Translations under genes and position numbers: made by a program
Part shown: positions 23,621-35,893 of the stretch, one piece after another
How positions within the stretch are numbered: position 1 is the first letter of the stretch
Layout of the letters: each line of letters begins with the position of its first letter
Source: Octopus bimaculoides
Taxonomy: Eukaryota
DNA: 64,000 nt
NCBI RefSeq assembly: GCF_001194135.2
Contig: NC_069001.1
Location: forward strand, 20,010,559 to 20,074,558
Reading direction: 5' to 3'
Notes under the pieces: generated by a model
The model's database searches: none
Told to the model about the DNA's origin: nothing
Seen by the model: the letters and a program-made list of their open reading frames with translations, nothing else

Positions 23621-24519
23621 ACTATCAAGCTGTTCCTGAAAAAAAGAAAGCATTAAAAAAAAAAAAATCAAATTTAGCCCTAACACCCTGTATCTCTAGG
23701 TAGTTGAACTATTTTTCTCATTGTGAATGCAAAGTAGAAATATTAGATCAAGTCAAACAATGCAAAATTCCCTGTGGCTTTTCTTTTCAGTCCAGCTTCT
23801 GTGACAGTTATTGCTCTCTTTGTTGTTCTGGTTTATTTTCCTTAGTTTAAAAGGTCTTAAGATAATAAACTATTACAATATGTTTTCCTACTTTACTCTA
23901 TTAATAACCATGGTTTGATACTCTCCATTTGGTAGAGCTATTGAAGAAGGCAGTGTATGTCTATAACGCTAGGTAGAATCCATAATACTAAAGATGTTAA
24001 CAAATTTTGATATATTTGTATAAGACATGATAATTTACTTTGCATTATGATTGAAGTTTTTGCATGTAAAAGTAATTCAGCAAAGCTGTTTGAATTACTT
24101 TTACATGTGATGAAATTGAGGAAGATGAATCAATAAAAGGTAAATATTAATATAGCAATGTGTTCTGGGAACACTTTAAGTAGTTAGTAAGTAGCTAATT
24201 AGATTAGATCAGGTCACATGACTGTTGCGCAGTTAAATCAGTTGATTTAATTAGAACTTAATTAATCTGCACCAAAACTTATCTATTGATAGTGACTAGA
24301 TAAGTTAATAGATAGACTGAAGAAATGTTCTAGTTATTGTTATGATTTCCTAAAATCATTTCTAAATGAATGTCTCTCCCACACTATTTTTCTGAAGTAA
24401 GTCACATTTTTTTGTTTTTGTCCTGTTCTTTATCATGTTCATTGTCTTCTTTTATCATCATTCATTTTTATTTATCAAGCCTGTCAATTGTGTAGCTCTA
24501 GGTATTAAACCTAGCATGT

Positions 24520-24568
<49 letters not shown>

Positions 24569-24929
24569 CTCTCATTCACACAGACACACAATACACCACA
24601 CCATTCTACCCCACCCCCAAATATATTGTTCAGTAGAATATATATATACACATATTGCTCAGTAGACATCACAAGTTAACATTTTGTTGATGATTTTAAT
24701 GAGAAATAAAATAAGAAAGATAAAAGAAAATTTTTTAATTTCTTTCTGAGAAAATTTAATTTGTTCAATTCTTTTAAAAGAGTTTATATATGTCCCTCAT
24801 ACATTTATACACCTGCATAATTTTCTCTATATTGTTTATTTATATTGTCACATATGATGCTGATGATAATACACATATTTTTAAAGTAAAAGCAGATTTA
24901 TACTTATTCTGAACTTACATGCATGCGCG

Positions 24930-25032
<103 letters not shown>

Positions 25033-25191
25033 CTTACAGTAGTGTTTGTTTAAATCCTTTTGTTTTTATAGATTTCATTCTTCTTTCCCTTTACTGTAAA
25101 AATAAACAAAAGACCTTTAGTTTCTTTCTTAACCCCTCTCTCTAAAAAAATGCTGCTTTCGATTCGTCCATAAATTCTGTTTAATGTGTAG

Positions 25192-25370
25192 GATTGGGAG
25201 CTCAGCCAATGGTAGAAGAGTTTTCTAGAAGCTGTAATAACGACACCAGTGATCTTGATGGCAGCTATGTAAAGAGGGTCGGTAGACTGCCAGGCCAACC
25301 GTTCCCCACCGGACCATCTTGGTGGATCGGATATCCGAGTAGGTGCAACCCATCTTTCTACATGGCATGA
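25192..25370 (+). CDS. terminal coding exon (phase 1) of the unidentified gene
   Basis: acceptor ttctgtttaatgtgtAG; (G)LGAQPMVEEFSRSCNNDTSDLDGSYVKRVGRLPGQPFPTGPSWWIGYPSRCNPSFYMA*; GC/CpG-richer than its flanks; followed by ~2.7 kb without recognisable TE. Confidence 0.8.
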
Positions 25371-26923
25371 TTCTGTGCTCTCTACCCAGCCATTCTGTTT
25401 GACAGATTTGATTTTTTTTCCTAAATTTTTCTGGAACTTTACTCTTTCTCACTTATCAATTATTTATTTAATACAGTTAATGCTAATAACACCTAATTGA
25501 TGTATGTGTGTGTAATTGGTAAATGTTGTTAGTTTGTCTACCCTCTTCATCTGGCTGCTGCTGCTGCTGCTCTGTTTTATCTGCTGAAAACCATTCAGTC
25601 TTCTAATTGCATCTAATTTACTATATCTGTATATGTAAAACTTTTGTTACAATTAGTTTGTAACTTTTCTTTTGCTGCATACTTGCTTCTTTTGGTAATC
25701 TTACACTGTGCATCTTATCACTTGATACCAGTTTTCATTATACTTTTGAAAGCATTTTGAAGATAAATTTGAAGAATTTAAAATTGTGAAATTTATGTTT
25801 TCATTATTTTTTTTAATATCTTTTTTATATTAGTAATGTTTTCATTATTTTTTTATATCTTTTTTTATTAGTATTTTGATATTATAAGTTATCATAAAAC
25901 CTTTTTGTTTAATTTTTAACTAATTAATTATATTAAAAAAAAGAGTACAAAGAACCAGAAGTGCATCAAATTTCTTTTCAGGTATTTCAATCTCTGGTTA
26001 CTTTTCTGTTATCGTTCTTATTTTGAAGTTGTACAAATTACATATTTAAAATGTTATTCTAATCATTTTCAAAGATGTACTAAATTTCATAGTCTTTTAT
26101 AAAAAGTAAAATCTATTGAATTGATTATCAAGACAATTTTCCTGAAGTCAGCTCACCTAATTTTATTTAAGTACAGTACATAGGTACATAGGTACAACTC
26201 TGTAGTGTACTTCCTGTATTCAAGTTCCGCTATTGTTTAGATTGTAGAAGTGCTTTCACTGTAACTTTGTTTCGACTACTTTTCTTACCTCCATTCCTAA
26301 ACAAAAGAAATTATTTATGAATCTGTTGCTCTGTGAAAATACTGAAGTTTATGAAAGGTTAATTTGATTTAGCAAAATATAATAGTTATCCTGGACAACT
26401 ACTCTTGCTATTCTATTTACACCAAGATACAGAATATGTATTGTCTCCAGTCATCTTTACTGCACAGTGACTTGATACTGTAGTAAAGTATGGAATGGAA
26501 GGACTGTGACCCAGTTAACTCATATTCTCATGAATAGGTTTATGAGGTTCAGTCTCTGAAAAGAATACTATATCCACAAAATATTTGAAGATGACATATG
26601 ATCAGACCAATCATCATATTGCTACTTTGATGATGATGATAAATATTAGATGTATAAAATGTTTCATATTAAAAAAAGAAAAAAAAGATTGTTCTTGAAA
26701 ATTAGCTCAAACTGCTTTTTAAACTGCACTTTTAGAATCCAGTGGCTATGAAATATAGATTTGAATTACTGAATAGCAATTTATGAGCTTCATCTATACA
26801 CATACCACTTGCGCTTAAGATACCATTCCCATAACACATTTGCATTGTTGGATGTATAATGGGTATCTAAACACCAGGTATTCATTAGCAACTATTCCAG
26901 TTAGCAAAAGCCTGTGTTTTTAT

Positions 26924-26929
26924 AATAAA
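26924..26929 (+). promoter_or_regulatory. candidate polyadenylation signal AATAAA (another at 27442-27447)
   Basis: hexamer downstream of the stop at 25370; common by chance in AT-rich DNA. Confidence 0.3.
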
Positions 26930-28116
26930 TGGGTGACTCCCAATTTGATCTTAATGTGCATTTATCTTAAATAAGTATGTTCTCCTATGGCCTTAGGTTG
27001 GCCAATACCTTGTATGTATGTGTTATCCGATAGAAACTGTTTAGTAGCCTGTCATCCCTCCACAGTTTTTGTGCACATGCACGCATACAGCAGCAGGGGC
27101 AAGCAAAACTGGTATATTAAAGCAAAATAGTTTGTTGTATTCCAAGTTACACCTTCTTAGCAAACCACTTGTTTTCCATTTAGAATGTTGGTAAAATGAG
27201 TATCAAGGTACTAGTCTCAACGTAATCAGCTAAAACTTTCAAAGGTGGTACTCCAGTATGGTCACTGTCCAATAATAGAAACAATTACAGGAATATAGGG
27301 TAATTTTAGCTAACTCACAAAATCTTTATTTGTGCAATATGGCATTGCTGTATAAAAATTTAAAGATATGTCAACAAATTACCTTTTGATGCATGATAAG
27401 AAGAAAATTAATAGAAAACAACATGAATCAACATTAAAAATAATAAATACTATTTATGAAGACTGACCCCCAAGCTGGTTTCTATGGTCATACATAGTCC
27501 AACCATCTGATATTTTTCAAGATCAAATGTTCTCAATCTAATGTGTCCTTTTTTTGGGAGAGTAAAAAAAGAAAAGTACAATGTACTGTATTTCACTTTT
27601 TGATTTTGAATTGTACTGTTCTATCTATTTTTAGACATGGTGAAAGAAGTATCATAATGTGTAGTTACTATTTGAATATTATTATATTTCTATAAAAAAT
27701 ATTAAACTGTTTTAACAGAAATTGCATGAAATTTTTATTCATACTCTATTTGAGGTGAAGCTTGAATTTAAAGAAGGGAAGGGGTGGTCACTTCTGGAAT
27801 GCTATCATCCTTTACTCAGCCTTGAGGAAATGATAAATTACTTCCATGCTAACCTGACTAATGAAATTTGCATATTTTTAGTGCATCAACAAAGTGAGTT
27901 GGGTTGTTTTGCTTTGCTTTTGCAAAATTTCCATTTCAGAATGTCAAGAAAATGATACTAACAAACACAAGTTTGTATTTAGTGCTCATGTCTGACACAG
28001 CTGCATGTTGATATATTTGTCTTACTCATGATTAAGGTGACTGGGCTTATACTCATTGCATTGTGCATGCCACAATTGATATTCTATATTTACAGGTTTG
28101 TTTTCTAATTTTGCAG

Positions 28117-28196
28117 GATTATTTCCTCAAACATTTCCCCCCAGTCTTTGTTGCAAGAAATCTTGGCAACTGGGGTTCCCTTTTCTTTCATTGTAA
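28117..28196 (+). CDS. candidate alternative terminal exon (phase 1)
   Basis: branch-like CTAAT plus ttttgcAG; (G)LFPQTFPPSLCCKKSWQLGFPFLSL*; AATAAA at 28481-28486. Confidence 0.4.
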
Positions 28197-28385
28197 TGAT
28201 TCCATTTTAATTTTGTTTGACTTGGGTAATGGCTAAGTAGTGGGGGAAAATGTTCAATATACTGAAAAATTCCTAATATTCGTATTCATTATAGTAAAAT
28301 TTTACTTCTGTGTATATGCACATTTGTGTGTGTATGTATGTATGTACGTATGTATGTATGTATGTATGTATGTATGTATGTGTGC

Positions 28386-28427
<42 letters not shown>

Positions 28428-28919
28428 TTATAGTTGGAAAGGTTAGGAAGGTAAAGGATGAGGATGAAATATTATAACTGAATAAACCAGGGAAAATTAA
28501 GTTAAGAGATTTTAAAAATACTTAAGACCAAGTGGTGAATAAATAAGACGAGAAGAGAAGGGGGGAAAAAAAAATGGAGAAAAAGAACAATTGAAAAAGT
28601 GAAGTGTGAAAGGGTGAAATTTTAATACACTACACAAACTTCAAAAAACCCTAAAAAACAAAGTTTCATTAAAGGCTCTGAAAGCATTCTGGAGGTTAAG
28701 GCTGGGTGGTCTCTTTTTAATGAAGTGTGCCTCCTTTATTCTGAGGTTGACTGCATCCATCCTGCTTGTCAGTCTAGGGGTGGAGAAATCCCCACCACAA
28801 TGTTGGTGGTGTCAGGTGTGAGAAAGGTAGTGTCTAAGGGTGTGACCCCATCTTGTGATTCTGATGTGTTCTTTATCTTGTTTTCTATTCTAACTCCATA
28901 GTATGGAAGGTTAACATAT

Positions 28920-29160
28920 ATCCATTCATTGTTTCTCTCTTTCTTTCTTCTTTCCTTCCATTGTTGTTGATGTTGTTGTCACTGTGGTTGTTGTTGTTGT
29001 GGTCACTGTTGCTGCTGCTTTTGTTGTTGTTGTTGTTGTTGTTGTTACCACTTTTATTGTGGTTGCTGGAATTACCTCTGTTGATGTTACTGTTGTTGTG
29101 GTCATCGTCACCAGTTTGTTGGACATTGTTGTTTCTTTGGTTGAGGAAGAGGACAAAAAT
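28920..29160. repeat. (GTT)n-rich low-complexity tract
   Basis: degenerate GTT/GCT triplets give the Thr-rich and Leu-rich ORFs in the ORF track. Confidence 0.7.
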
Positions 29161-29439
29161 TGATTGCTTTGATGGTTGGAAAAGTAGAAATTGTCAGTTA
29201 TAATGTTTCAGACATTGTCTTTCTCCAGAATAAGAGGAAAAGAGAGGAAAAAGAAAAACAAAAATGAAAGGAAGAGTCCAGGCATAGTCATCCACATGTG
29301 GTGGTCTTACATGGTAGTCATTGCATTGACTGACCAGAAGCTGTAGACCAGCTGAGTTAGTTGTCCAAAAAATTGAGAGGTGAATAATGTGTGTGCAGGT
29401 ATAAGTGTTTGTGTGAGGGTATGTAAGTGTAAGGTGTAT

Positions 29440-29625
29440 AGTTCAGTGATTAGAGTGTCAGGATCACAATCAAGAGGTTGTAAGTTCGATTCCCAGACTG
29501 GGCTGTGTGTTGTCTTCTTGAGCAAGACACCTTATTTCATGTTGTTCCAGTTTACTCAGCTGTTGAAATGAGTTGTGATGTCACTGGTGCCAAGCTGTAT
29601 CGGCCTTTGCCTTTCCCTGAAGGGG
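29440..29625 (+). mobile_element. tRNA-derived SINE family C (CORE-like)
   Basis: tagttcagtgattag (A-box-like)...aagttcgattccc (B box)...cttgagcaagacaccttatttca. Confidence 0.7.
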
Positions 29626-30552
29626 GTCTTTATGAAAGAGTAATTGTGTGTGTGTGTGTGTGTGTGTGTATTTGTTGCATCATATTTAGAGCGTAGTATG
29701 AAGTGTTAAACTTGGTGGCTGTGTATGTAAACATGTGTATCTGTTATTCTGTTGTGAGAGTGTATTTGTTGGCTAATCATATGTATGTGTGCATAACGTT
29801 GCATATATCAACCACATTATGCTGTGAAGCATGTATTCAGAGCAAATTAGTGTGTGAATATAGAGAGGTGTTAGTATGCACATATGTATTTTCTTTTTGT
29901 TGTGTGTATGCGTGATACGAAGGCATAGCATATTATGTGGGTATATGTAGTGGGAAGTAATACAAGAGGAGAAGTGATGAAATGAAGCTGAATCAGGTGT
30001 AGGCTGGAAGGAGAAAATATTTGTCCTCTAAGCAAAGCCTGAAGTTTAAAGTTCTGGTGTGGAAAACAGAACCAGACAAGAAGAGATGCTGTGTCACAGG
30101 TTCCACAGACCAAACTTGGGCTTGTAGGATAAACATCAGGCTGCCAAACTGGATGTGGCAAAGATATATATATATATATACACAGATATACTTATTTTTA
30201 TGTGTGTGTGTGTATCTTCTACTATATAAATGCAAGTGTATGTGGTTATATGTGTGTGTTTAGCCCTGAAAGGCTCTGAAATGGTGTGCCCTCAAGTAAA
30301 GCGAATTTGGGAATATTGTCTGAAATATAATTTGCTATGGGAAATAATTCAACTTTTAGATCAACAAATCTCCCACTTTCTTTCACAATCAGTATCTCTC
30401 TCTTTCTCTCTATTTGTCTATGTATATATATACACCTACACACATATACTAGCAGAGGTACCCAGTATTGCCTAGGATTGAAACTGTTCCTTACATACAT
30501 TATTTAAATTATGTATATTTGACAGATATTTGTCCTCATCTTGTTTGTTGTT

Positions 30553-30598
30553 GACACAATGTTTTGGCAGATATACCCTCCAGCCATCATCAGGTGTC
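30553..30598 (-). ncRNA. degenerate minimal type-I hammerhead ribozyme motif (left arm)
   Basis: reverse complement GACAC-CTGATGA-tGGCTGgagggtatatCTGCC-AAAAC-ATT-GTGTC. Confidence 0.6.
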
Positions 30599-30878
30599 TT
30601 GGGGGAAATTTTGAACCTGGGTTCTCATTCCTAAGGTATTTTTTGATGTTGTTATTATTATTAAAGTCACTGCCTGGAATCGAATTCGGAATCTTGGGGT
30701 AAGTAGCCTGCACTCTTAATTACTGCGCCATATGCCTGTTTGCATATGGCATAGTGGTTAAGAGCATGGGCTACTAACCCCAAGATCCCGAGTTCAATTC
30801 CAGGCAGTGACTTTAATAATAATAACAACATCAAAAAATACCTTAGGAATGAGAACCCAGGTTCAAAATTTCCCACAA

Positions 30879-30924
30879 GACACCTGATGATGGCTGGAGG
30901 GTATATCTGCCAAAACATTGTGTC
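30879..30924 (+). ncRNA. degenerate minimal type-I hammerhead ribozyme motif (right arm)
   Basis: stem I GACAC/GTGTC is perfect; CTGATGA core intact; stem II GGCTG/CTGCC; AAAAC-ATT stands where GAAAC-GTT is expected (two CpG-type changes). Confidence 0.6.
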
Positions 30925-31149
30925 ACCAACAAACAAGATGAGGACAAATATCCATCAAATATAAATAATGTACATAATTCCTCATTTCTTAAATATAGAA
31001 CTGTTTTCCTTACATATTGGAAGAAAAATGCAAAATATGTTGTATAGAAATGTGTTATTCTAATTTCAATTTAGTCTTCAATTGGGAAATCAATTCTGAA
31101 TTCATTATGCAACAAAATAAAATAATAATAATAATAATTATAATAAACG

Positions 31150-33490
31150 AAAGAAACTACTTTTACGAAGGGAGATAAATTCCATCACATATATTGAAGG
31201 AAATTACTTAAGAGCTTTTGGGTAATTCTTTGTTTTCTGGTTTGAAACATAGACAAATAAGTCTTGCAAACTACCACCCTGGAGCAACCAACATAAAGTT
31301 GACCATGAGAAAAGCAAGACTCAGTTAATTGCAAGCCATTAGATTTCAAAATGTGACCTTGTGCTTTATTAGTAGACATTGCGAAGCAAAGTCGCACTGG
31401 GAATTGTGTTTGTTTGAACTCGAATGGCATGACTGCTGGTTTGATTGGAATTCTTGGAATGAAAACCTCTTCCTCAGAGGCACATCCAGTGATGATGGTA
31501 GCTTCTATCACATTGTGGAGGAGTTCCAGATGGCTCAAGAGAATTGAGGAATTCTGTTGTGTAATGGACAGCTTGACTTTCATCAAGGCCTGAATCAACT
31601 GATTTGTACTCCTTTAATGACTGTTGGAATCTTATTCATTAATTCATGATTAATCCTTGCTACTATTTCACCTTTTGAAGCAAGAATTGCCCTTTCACAC
31701 AACCATTTATGTGAATTATAACTTAAGTCTGGAAATACCATGTTCTTCAATTCAGCTGGAGAATTCACCATGATAGCAATATGAGCCAAATTAATATCAC
31801 CATTTCCATCAAATGGTACTTTCCCATTTCCTAATTGGAGGAGCCAGGTTGAAAACCGTTCTGCACATTGGTCTTCATGTAATAAAGCTCATACATTAGC
31901 ATTGAAGGAGAATTTCTGTACTTTATTTAATAGGTGTGAAGACTCAATGCATGCTTTTATTTCATCAGATCTTGTTTGTCTCGGAATGACTGGTAATGTC
32001 TCCTGATAAAACTAATGTAACTCCTCCCATAAATTTATTGTTACCTTTTATGTTCCATAAGGTCTTATCAAGAGCTTCCATTGCACCTCTATGGGATATG
32101 GTGCATTCATCCCAAATGATCAAGTGGTATTGGCACTACACTTTTACTGAACCTGAACCTTTGCTTATGTTACAAATGGGACTGTCATTTGTGACCAGGC
32201 TTAGTGGTAATTTAAAAGCAGAAGGAGCTGTTCATCTTCCTTGGAGAATGGTGGCAGCAATGCCAGATGATGCTACAGCAACTGCAATTCTTTTTTGTTG
32301 CCTTACCTTGGAGAGAAGCAATGTTATAAATGTTTTACCTGTGCCGTCAGAAGTATCAAGAAAGAAAATTCCTCCGCTTTTTTCTCTGACTGATGAAATA
32401 ATTTTATCATAGGTACAACATCGTTCTGGAAGAGGTTTAGGCTCATGTTCATTCACAAATGCAGCCAACTCTGTGATGTCATGATTTGTCTCTCTTGCAA
32501 ATACTCTTGAAGTTAAATCACTAATTTGACAGTTTGTTTTTGGCCGTCCAGAGCCAGACTCTTGCAAGATTTTGCCTCCCATGGCCAAGACCTGATCCTC
32601 AATTTCAATCAGTGCTTAGTTTAAAATTTTTTCCGAGAACTGAATATTGATATCTGGGTTTGCCTGTTGAACTGCATACTTTATGTCCTCAACCATGTCC
32701 TCACAATGTTTCATCCAAAGCTATAGAGGACTGCCAAGTTGATACATGTTCAGTATAATTACAAAAAGGTTACGGAGTTTCCTTGGAGAATCTGATTCTG
32801 ATGCTTCAGTCAATGCAAGGTCCCAATGCTCATCATTTTCTAAAAAAAAACCTTGTTGATAGCATATTTCCCTATAAGTTTCACACACATGACCATCTAC
32901 CCTTCTCGAATTTTGGACTAGTTTGGGACCACGTACTTCAGGCAAAAGGAGCCATAAGTAGAAGCATTCTGCTTGGTTTGGGTGGACACTATAAACTCTT
33001 GCAAGAGCATCAACCCCACGTTTCCTTTTGTGCCAGTTATTGTTTCTCCAGGTGTAATACTTGGGTAATTGTGGGAATAGGAGTTTTCTTGCATCTCCAT
33101 CTACTTGACACAACTTAGAAAAGGCAGTAAGGGTAGTTTCTTTTCACACAGATGCTTGTTGCAAGGTTGTTTGTTTTGTAAAGATAACCCTGTGGTCATT
33201 CTGTAGATGGACACTCAGATGAATGATGGTTGGGTGCTTCTCATGAATGGGAAAATTGAAGATGCGCTAAAAAGGCCTCATTGGTACTGATGTATCTCAC
33301 TCTGTCATACTGTGCAACTTAGTCATTTTTATTTATCTGCCATTCTGCATAAGATTGTATGTTGCACCATCTAAGCCTTTGTTTATATATTTGCAAACAT
33401 ACTTAAAAGAGATAACAGAGTTGCAGACATCAACATTGAATCCAGCCACCTGTACTTGTCTTTGCTTCACTGTAGAATACTGATCATCTA
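31150..33490 (-). mobile_element. Helitron Rep/PIF1-helicase remnant, frameshifted
   Basis: YYTW...ARVYSVHPNQAECFYLWLLL; GGIFFLDTSDGTGKTF (Walker A); ASSGIAAT; IIWDEC; QFPVRLCFAMSTNKAQG; CFSHGQLYVGCSRV. Confidence 0.95.
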
Positions 33491-33740
33491 CGTCTTTGGG
33501 AAACTTTTTGAAAATTAAAATGGGGATTAAATGGGAAAAAATGAGTTACGTGAATATCTTCACAAAAGTGATTGAAATAAATAACGAATGTGGAATGCTG
33601 CATGCACACACACACAGACATGTATACATACAGTATCAAACATCAGATGAAATGGACATGTGTGTGAGAGAGAGAAAGAAAGAGAGAGCAAGTGAATGAG
33701 TTTGTTATGTATATGCACACACATAAACATGCATACATTT

Positions 33741-33781
<41 letters not shown>

Positions 33782-34544
33782 GTGAGTGAGTGAGTGCCAC
33801 TTAGACATCACTCTCTGTCTCACACACATGCACACAAACATACATACAAAAACACATGTCCGTGTGTGACTGACTGCAAATACATAGAGCTGAACACGGC
33901 ATGCAAAAAGTAAATAAATAAAAACTACTGAAATTAGTGAAGTGTGCAGATTCAAGCGAAATTTGTGAATTTTGCAAATATTAAATTAAAACTTGAAATG
34001 AAAACATTAAAATAGAAACTGAGAGATTTCACAAATGAAAACGGAAAATTTCGCCATTGCTACATCAATACCAGAAGTTGACATTGGAGAAACCTTTTCA
34101 TAGAAGTGAATCATATATATAAAGCAATATTATCTATTTTTAATAAAAGAAATAAACTGAAGAGCCTATTATGTATCCAAGGTCAAATTATTCATGCATC
34201 CCAATTATGGAAGCAATTCACGCAGCCATTTTTGCATACTTATTTAACTGCCTTTTATCTGCCTGCTATATTGTGAGAAGGATATGTGATAGAGACACAA
34301 AGTCTGAGATTCTCCTATTGTGGTAGGGAATAATAGTGGTCATCCTATCAACAAATAGATAAGTAAAGAAGTATACAATAAAGAGTATACATATAATATA
34401 TATATGATATGTATGTGTGTGCGTATATATATATACACACACACACACACATGACAAGTAAACACCCGTATCATTTAAATTTATTTAAATCTGAAATTAT
34501 ACATTCAAATTATTAATTGCTATAATGTGAATATTTAATATTTA

Positions 34545-35662
34545 GTAGAGATGCCCTTTGCATTTTTCAATGCAAGAATCCTATTAAGCATGTTACTGAT
34601 CAGATGACAAATATTCTCTTTCAGAATTTTTTGCAAAGTTTATGCAATAATCTCAAAAAATCTGGCTTTGAAGATGCTTTCTTCTTATAAAGTGTCCTAT
34701 CCATTATGCCCCAGAGGTGTTCAATAGAGTGACTGACTTGTCCATGGAAGCTTTTTAATGCCATTCTCTTCCAACAAATCTTGGGTCATTTTAGCCATGT
34801 GAAAAGGAGTCCTATCTTCCAAAAATAAAGAGTTTTTTTTTAATCATTTCACCACTTGAGAAGATTGGAAGGAGTCCTTTCTGCAATATGGACATATATT
34901 TATCTGAGTTTGTTTCCCTCACACTCCACCAGCTCTGTTCGATCATTGCTCCAAATTGCTCTCCAGACCATCACAGAATAACTGCCATGTTTCATTGTTG
35001 GCTGCAATCTTTTAACATCAAATTCTTGATCACAGTGTCTCTAGATCCACACTCAACCAATGTCAGAAAATACAGCAAATCTGGACTCACTGGAGAATAT
35101 GACTGTCCCAAAATGCTAGTGGCCTCTCCACCATCTCACTGGCCCAGTATTTTCTCTGCTTGATGTTGGCTGGTCAAAGAAGTGGCTTCCTCCTTGCTGC
35201 TCTGCTTTAGTAACCAAGTTTGTGGAGATACTTGACACTTGTTCTGGGATTGATACCAACTTGTTCTGCTATGTCAGAGGCCTTGCAATGAGGATTATCC
35301 TCTACACTTCTCTTAATGAAGAGAAGGGTTCTGTCAGGGGGCACTGGTCAACCTGGGCGAGGTGATGTGGACTCCTTCCCCTCTCTGGTGAATTGCACAA
35401 TCACTTTATTAACTGTAGAAAGTGGGAATTCAGGGTTTTCTGCAATTTTACGCTAAATATGTCCACTTTCAGAGTGACCACAATATGGCCTCTTTGAAAT
35501 TCAGACAGTTCCAAGGCTTCTTTTGTATATGGCATGAGTAAACAGTCACATATAGAATCTGAAACATAAAAATGTCAATTAATAAAAAATATAAACGGTT
35601 ACAAGTTAGAATAAGCATAAAACAATGTTTTATGGGGTGTCTATTTACTTCTGTCATGGCTG
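34545..35662 (-). mobile_element. Tc1-family transposon remnant with 5' TIR
   Basis: TA|cagccatgacagaagtaaatagacacccc at the right end; minus strand AARRKPLL...KQRKYWASEMVERPLAFWDSHI(F)SSESRFAVFSD, and [15 protein letters not shown]. Confidence 0.8.
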
Positions 35663-35666
35663 TATA

Positions 35667-35880
35667 TTCTTTTACTTGTTTGAGTCATTTGACTGCGGCC
35701 ATGCTGGAGCACCGCCTTTAGTCGAGCAACTTGACCCCAGGACTTATTCTTTGTAAGCCTAGTACTTATTCTATCGGTCTCTTTTGCTGAACCGCTAAGT
35801 TACGGGGACGTAAACACACCAGCATCAGTTGTCAAGCGATGTTGGGGGAACAAACAGACACACAAACACACACATATATA
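35667..35880 (-). mobile_element. SINE family A, 3' half, young (CpG intact)
   Basis: gagtcatttgactgcggccatgctggagcaccgcctttagtcgagc...ccgctaagttacggggacgtaaacacacc. Confidence 0.9.
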
Positions 35881-35893
35881 TACATATATATAA

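Larger units (their letters stand above)
30500..30970. mobile_element. head-to-head palindrome of two tRNA-headed elements with Penelope-type hammerhead tails
   Basis: arms ~30513-30735 and 30742-30967 are reverse complements around a 6-nt loop ctgttt; A box TGGCATAGTGG (30747-30757), B box GAGTTCAATTCC (30790-30801). Confidence 0.85.

Noticed and set aside
25368-25424. Stop-codon readthrough or selenocysteine at the TGA
   Set aside because: The frame closes at TAA 25422-25424 after 17 codons; no readthrough context or SECIS recognised.
28926-29156. Mucin-like Thr-rich ORF
   Set aside because: Explained by degenerate (GTT)n repeats; no splice signals or signal peptide.
30742-30812. tRNA gene (Ser-like, ACT loop); likewise heads at 4180-4251, 29440 and 49065
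   Set aside because: No complete acceptor stem or cloverleaf, and each continues into SINE body sequence.
31185-32588. Cellular PIF1 helicase gene
   Set aside because: Intronless, frameshifted and contiguous with Helitron Rep-linker motifs, so it is transposon-derived.
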